DNA of 29,908 bases from a virus (taxonomy: Duplodnaviria; Caudoviricetes), in the IMG/VR virus record IMGVR_UViG_3300044723_007383, positions 1 through 29,908 of that record, one strand, 5' to 3'. Position numbers and translations under genes: made by a program. Positions 26,315 to 29,908 of this stretch are shown here, piece after piece. Within the stretch, counting starts at the first letter, position 1, and each line of letters starts with the position of its first letter. The notes beneath the pieces are model-generated. The model was not told the origin of the DNA. It was given only the letters and a program-made list of their open reading frames with translations, and ran no database searches.

Positions 26315-27357
26315 GCAATGAAATAACAATAGGCAGCTGCTTTGCTGGCATTGGTGGCTTTGAGTTAGGACTTGAGAGAGGCATACCAAACAGCAAAACA
26401 GTTTGGCAAATAGAACAAAATAAATACTGTCAGACCATATTGCAAAAGCATTGGCCTGATGCAACAATATATGATGATATAAGAGAGATTGATTATGAAA
26501 AAATGCAAACAGTTGACATTATTTGTGGAGGGTTCCCATGCCAAGACATCTCAGCAGCAGGCAAAGGCAAAGGCATTGAGCATGGTGACAGGTCTGGTCT
26601 TTGGAGGCAAATGCACAGACTTATCAATCACATACAGCCAAGAGTTGCAGTGTTGGAAAACGTGCCAGCCTTGCTGTGGAAAAACAGAGGTATGCACATT
26701 GTCCTGCAAGACTTGGCCTCAATCGGGTATGATGCAGAATGGTGCACTATATCAGCAAGACAATTTGGTGCACCCCATCTCAGAAAAAGAGTGTTTATCA
26801 TTGCCTACCCCAGCAGCCTCAGCAATAGGAGGCAACATGACCCAAGAATATTACATGACCAAAAATGGCACACCAAGAACAATCAGAAAGTCATCAGGTC
26901 AGACAGGGACACCACCATTAGAACCATACATAAAGATTATGATACAAGAGCAGAGATTGCCTACCCCATGCAAATCAGATGCCGACAAGATGGGCAACAA
27001 CAGCCTCATAAGATTGATCGAGACAGGCAACAGGTATGCACCAAGTCACAAGAACTACAAACCAAATCTGAACACTCCAACAGTGAACACATCAAAGCAA
27101 ACTCCACAAACATTAAGTCAATGGAAACGCAACGGCTGTCTCAACGTAGATGCAGCAAAAATGATGGGATACAACAAAGAGACTATCAAAACTACTGGCA
27201 AAGATTTCCGACTCAATCCCCACTTTGTCACAGAGATGATGGGGTTCCCAATAGACTGGCTCGATTGAGAGCACTTGGCAATGCCATTGTGCCACAGTGC
27301 TCAGAATACATTGGCAAAAAAATATATCAAAGTAATTTGCTTGATTACAAATTCTAG
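26311..27357 (+). CDS. DNA cytosine-5 methyltransferase, alpha-type polypeptide lacking motif IX
   Basis: Motif I FAGIGG, IV GFPCQDIS, VI LENVP, VIII GAPHLRKRVFI, X LGNAIVP. Confidence 0.92.
   Translation: MSNEITIGSCFAGIGGFELGLERGIPNSKTVWQIEQNKYCQTILQKHWPDATIYDDIREIDYEKMQTVDIICGGFPCQDISAAGKGKGIEHGDRSGLWRQMHRLINHIQPRVAVLENVPALLWKNRGMHIVLQDLASIGYDAEWCTISARQFGAPHLRKRVFIIAYPSSLSNRRQHDPRILHDQKWHTKNNQKVIRSDRDTTIRTIHKDYDTRAEIAYPMQIRCRQDGQQQPHKIDRDRQQVCTKSQELQTKSEHSNSEHIKANSTNIKSMETQRLSQRRCSKNDGIQQRDYQNYWQRFPTQSPLCHRDDGVPNRLARLRALGNAIVPQCSEYIGKKIYQSNLLDYKF
26495..27268 (+). CDS. Nested +1-frame ORF: beta-type C5-methyltransferase subunit carrying motif IX
   Basis: 257 codons open inside the methylase; GAGAG RBS; ends RLNPHFVTEMMGFPIDWLD; three L(P/N)TP modules. 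Confidence 0.8.
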   Translation: MKKCKQLTLFVEGSHAKTSQQQAKAKALSMVTGLVFGGKCTDLSITYSQELQCWKTCQPCCGKTEVCTLSCKTWPQSGMMQNGALYQQDNLVHPISEKECLSLPTPAASAIGGNMTQEYYMTKNGTPRTIRKSSGQTGTPPLEPYIKIMIQEQRLPTPCKSDADKMGNNSLIRLIETGNRYAPSHKNYKPNLNTPTVNTSKQTPQTLSQWKRNGCLNVDAAKMMGYNKETIKTTGKDFRLNPHFVTEMMGFPIDWLD

Positions 27358-27385
27358 AATATAGAATATCTACAGAAAAATAGTT

Positions 27386-27421
27386 AGATGGTTGTTACTC
27401 GGTGCAGCCATCTTTTTTTTT
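27386..27421 (+). terminator. Intrinsic terminator
   Basis: AGATGGTTGT-loop-GCAGCCATCT followed by a T run. Confidence 0.85.
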
Positions 27422-27424
27422 GCC

Positions 27425-27584
27425 TGTGGATAACTCAGATAGCCTGTGGATAACTCTGTGGATAACTCAGATAGCCTGTGGATAACTCTGTGGATAACTC
27501 ACATAGTCTGTGGATAACTCTGTGGATAACTCACATAGTCTGTGGATAACTCTGTGGATAACTCAGATAGCCTGTGGATAACTC
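27425..27584. repeat. Array of 10 perfect DnaA boxes (TGTGGATAA), 32-bp period
   Basis: Boxes start at 27425, 27445, 27457, 27477, 27489, 27509, 27521, 27541, 27553 and 27573; reverse complement TTATCCACA. Confidence 0.92.
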
Positions 27585-27632
27585 AATCATTTTTTGTGCA
27601 CTCAAACGATTGATAATAGATTATCTATGCAT

Positions 27633-27995
27633 TTACTTCTCATCTCTTTTGCGTTTTCGCTCAATATCTCTCAGCATACCATTGACCCATGTGCGAGTCT
27701 TTGAGCCTCCCCAAAGTTGCCAAGCAATTGATGCTTTGCTTGTTTTATCTCTTCGGGCCTCTTTTTCTTTTTCGCTCTCACCATGTCTGGCAAACCATGC
27801 TCTCATCAAAATCAACTGTTGCTCATCCACAGAGCCAGATGCCAAACGTCTTGCTGTTCTCATGCCTGTGCCTGGTACTCTCTTATTACCATCATCTTTG
27901 TATGCAGCTCTCTTTGATATTGGCAGACTCAAATTGTAATCTATTGCTTTTTGTGCTATTGCTCTCAACTCTCTTGGCACATTGTATTTTGGCAT
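27633..27995 (-). CDS. Basic hypothetical phage protein with WFARH and IAWQLWGG motifs
   Basis: Start moved to MPKY (GGAG RBS on the minus strand); motif-rich sequence. Confidence 0.8.
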   Translation of the reverse strand: MPKYNVPRELRAIAQKAIDYNLSLPISKRAAYKDDGNKRVPGTGMRTARRLASGSVDEQQLILMRAWFARHGESEKEKEARRDKTSKASIAWQLWGGSKTRTWVNGMLRDIERKRKRDEK

Positions 27996-28085
27996 GATGA
28001 TGACTCCATTGTGATTGGTCAATATTATATACAAACAATCTCTGATTTGTATGATATATTATACACAACTCAAAGAGGTGTCACA

Positions 28086-28184
28086 ATGTATCACTCAGGC
28101 AAACCAAAGTCAAAGAACAGCAAACCAAAGCCAAAGAGCAAGTCAAAGCCAAAGCCAAAGTCATCAACAAAAAAAAAGAGGTGA
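28086..28184 (+). CDS. 32-aa Lys/Pro/Ser-rich basic peptide
   Basis: GAGGTG RBS; MYHSGKPKSKNSKPKPKSKSKPKPKSSTKKKR; stop 3 nt before the next start. Confidence 0.65.
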   Translation: MYHSGKPKSKNSKPKPKSKSKPKPKSSTKKKR

Positions 28185-28187
28185 GAG

Positions 28188-28670
28188 ATGGCAAAGCCCA
28201 AGGTACCTCAAAAATATATTGGCAGTTTATCAGAGTCTACAGCAGATAAGAGAAAGGCTGAGATAAGAAAGAGAATAGCAGGAAAAAAGGCAGATAAATA
28301 TAAGCCTCTTCCTGGTGATGCCAAAGCAAAGACACGCAAATCAAAGTATACAGGCAAAGTCACAAGATCTGGCCTGAGAGATGCAATTCTTGAGGAGTCT
28401 CAAAAGCAAAAAGGCAGTCAATCAGATAGATTTGTTAAGGCTGTCAGCAAAGTCACAGGTGTACCAAAGAGCATCATTGATACAGTGATGAAGAGAGGTG
28501 CAGCAGCATGGGCCATTGGTCATAGACCAGGTGCAACACAAGCACAATGGCAGAGAGCAAGAGTGTACTCCTTTTTGACAGGTGGCAAGACAACAACAAC
28601 AGGAGATGCAGATTTGTATGCCAAAGCAAAGAAGGCTCTCAAAGACAAAGGCTCATCTTTTAAGTTATGA
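28188..28670 (+). CDS. Highly basic hypothetical protein with GHRPGA..W..ARV.SF motif
   Basis: GAGGTG RBS; Lys/Arg-rich. Confidence 0.85.
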   Translation: MAKPKVPQKYIGSLSESTADKRKAEIRKRIAGKKADKYKPLPGDAKAKTRKSKYTGKVTRSGLRDAILEESQKQKGSQSDRFVKAVSKVTGVPKSIIDTVMKRGAAAWAIGHRPGATQAQWQRARVYSFLTGGKTTTTGDADLYAKAKKALKDKGSSFKL

Positions 28671-28888
28671 GTGAGTTTATATCAAAGCACTGTACAGATG
28701 AGCAGGCAAAGCAAATCACTGCTGTTGCTGGTGTGCATAGGTATACATATTTGAGATGGCAGCAAAAAAAAGCATCTCCAACAATACACAGCTGCATTTT
28801 GATCTGTAGGGCCATCTCAAAGATGCAGAGCAAATCATTTGAGCAACTCATCTTTGAGTGCATCCAGAGTGTTGCAATATACACATGA
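28667..28888 (+). CDS. Degenerate XRE-like HTH protein
   Basis: QITAVAGVHRYTYLRWQQKKASPTIHSCILICRAI; ATGA overlap. Confidence 0.65.
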   Translation: MSEFISKHCTDEQAKQITAVAGVHRYTYLRWQQKKASPTIHSCILICRAISKMQSKSFEQLIFECIQSVAIYT

Positions 28889-29109
28889 AACAATTTACAA
28901 TGACATATATTGATGCCAATGTTGGTCTCAAAGCAAAGATAATTGCATCTGGTGTCAATAGATATGTATTTTCAGATATCAACAGAGGCAAAGCAATACC
29001 AAGGCCCAAAGTGCTGCATCAAATATGCTTTGTCATTGCCAATGAAACAAACACACCAATATATGATATACTCATAGCAGCAATCAAGATGATTGAGAGT
29101 GAGATGTAA
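28885..29109 (+). CDS. Degenerate XRE-like HTH protein
   Basis: IIASGVNRYVFSDINRGKAIPRPKVLHQIC; start moved to 28885 (ATGA overlap). Confidence 0.6.
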   Translation: MKQFTMTYIDANVGLKAKIIASGVNRYVFSDINRGKAIPRPKVLHQICFVIANETNTPIYDILIAAIKMIESEM

Positions 29110-29110
29110 T

Positions 29111-29353
29111 ATGGCAAGATCTGAAAATGAGAATTTTGCAATCAGGCAAAAGACAGAGGAGATGATATCATTGGGCTACCCAACTGAGCAGGCTCAGGCT
29201 ATTGCTTTTCGTATGTTCAGAGATGGTGAGTTGATTATACCAAAGATGAAACTGGACAGAAAGACACAGCAAACCAAAGACAAGATGAGAGCAGCCAGAT
29301 CAGCAAATGCAATCTTGATGCTGTATCAACTTGCAAAGAGGCTCAGCAAATGA
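29111..29353 (+). CDS. Hypothetical protein (GYP..QA.AIA motif)
   Basis: Start moved to MARSENE at 29111, adjacent to the previous stop. Confidence 0.7.
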   Translation: MARSENENFAIRQKTEEMISLGYPTEQAQAIAFRMFRDGELIIPKMKLDRKTQQTKDKMRAARSANAILMLYQLAKRLSK

Positions 29354-29574
29354 GCAAGCCTGTCATCATAAGACGCATGACCAACAACACAAAGATATTC
29401 ATTAAGATTGATGATGAATACTTTTGTGTATATGAGCATGATACTTTTCGTACAATATATGCCTGTGATAGTAAGTTAAGAGTATTCAAAGACATTTATT
29501 GGCGAACACGTTACACATTTGAGGAGTTGTGCTCATCAAAAAAAATAATTAAAGCAGCAATCTGTAGGAGGTAA
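29350..29574 (+). CDS. Hypothetical protein
   Basis: ATGA overlap with the previous gene; fills the operon. Confidence 0.55.
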   Translation: MSKPVIIRRMTNNTKIFIKIDDEYFCVYEHDTFRTIYACDSKLRVFKDIYWRTRYTFEELCSSKKIIKAAICRR

Positions 29575-29576
29575 AC

Positions 29577-29888
29577 ATGGCAACAGATAAGAGAGGAGTG
29601 CAAGAATTTCCTCATATATTCCAACAAGCAACAAGTGATGATGTATGGACTGAGATACAACTACCAAGTCAATGTACATCTCTCAAAATATTCTCTGACA
29701 ATCACAAGGCTCATATTGGTGTCAATGGTTGCACTGATGGTGGTGCTGTTGATGAGGCTGTTGCCTTTGATATACCACAAGACGAAATACATGAGTTTAA
29801 ACTTGGCAAAGGTAACTCAAGACCAGCAAGCATTTTTGTCAGCACTCATGGTGGTGATACTACAATCAAGATTATGCTCATAGAATAG
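29577..29888 (+). CDS. Paralogue of 5194..5502
   Basis: AGGAGG RBS; MATDKRGV..FPH, TEIQLPSQC, CTDG, GKGNSR.ASIF. Confidence 0.85.
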   Translation: MATDKRGVQEFPHIFQQATSDDVWTEIQLPSQCTSLKIFSDNHKAHIGVNGCTDGGAVDEAVAFDIPQDEIHEFKLGKGNSRPASIFVSTHGGDTTIKIMLIE

Positions 29889-29908
29889 GCACTCGTGTGC
29901 CCAAAATG

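Larger units (their letters stand above)
1..29908 (+). mobile_element. Tailed dsDNA bacteriophage genome (siphovirus-like), probably complete or nearly so
   Basis: Continuous terminase-portal-scaffold-capsid-tail-tape measure-lysis-replication gene order; no host housekeeping genes; the last gene (29577) is a paralogue of a head-module gene (5194). Confidence 0.93.

Noticed and set aside
704-27357. Restriction-modification system
   Set aside because: No restriction endonuclease is adjacent to either methylase; the HNH gene is a small stand-alone type in a different operon.
27425-27584. CRISPR array interpretation of the repeat
   Set aside because: The units between repeats are 3 or 11 nt and are themselves repeated; there are no unique spacers and no cas genes.
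27585-27632. DnaA-trio unwinding element next to the box array
   Set aside because: GATTGATAATAGATTATCTAT is suggestive but does not form a clean run of in-phase trios.
27574-27997. Plus-strand ORFs 27574..27939 and 27689..27997
   Set aside because: Antisense to the motif-bearing gene 27633..27995; no RBS.
1-29908. Integrase, partition genes, tRNAs, reverse transcriptase/DGR, alternative genetic code
   Set aside because: No matching motifs recognised; standard-code ORFs tile the genome and all three stop codons terminate genes.

Overview
The window looks like a complete or near-complete ~29.9 kb tailed (siphovirus-like) phage genome opened just before the small terminase. Gene order is packaging (terS, an N6A/N4C methylase, terL, portal, scaffold), a fibre-like module, capsid, neck and tail (with a -1 frameshifted chaperone), lysis, then an early region. 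The early region holds RusA, an HTH replication initiator, a DnaQ-like exonuclease, an HNH nuclease and a C5 methylase; five small XRE-like HTH genes are scattered across the right third of the genome. I recognised no integrase, polymerase, helicase or primase. Most notable observations: (1) ten perfect DnaA boxes in a 20/12-bp phased array; (2) a C5 methylase whose missing motif IX is encoded by a 257-aa ORF nested in the +1 frame; (3) extreme genome-wide CG depletion; (4) a hairpin after the capsid gene whose loop is the reverse complement of a CG-containing RBS/start motif shared by several genes, with a second candidate anti-RBS element at 25.2 kb; (5) a mirror-symmetric face-to-face sigma70 promoter pair, one side driving an uncalled 38-aa membrane peptide. 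All product calls come from motifs and synteny read by eye; no database search was run.
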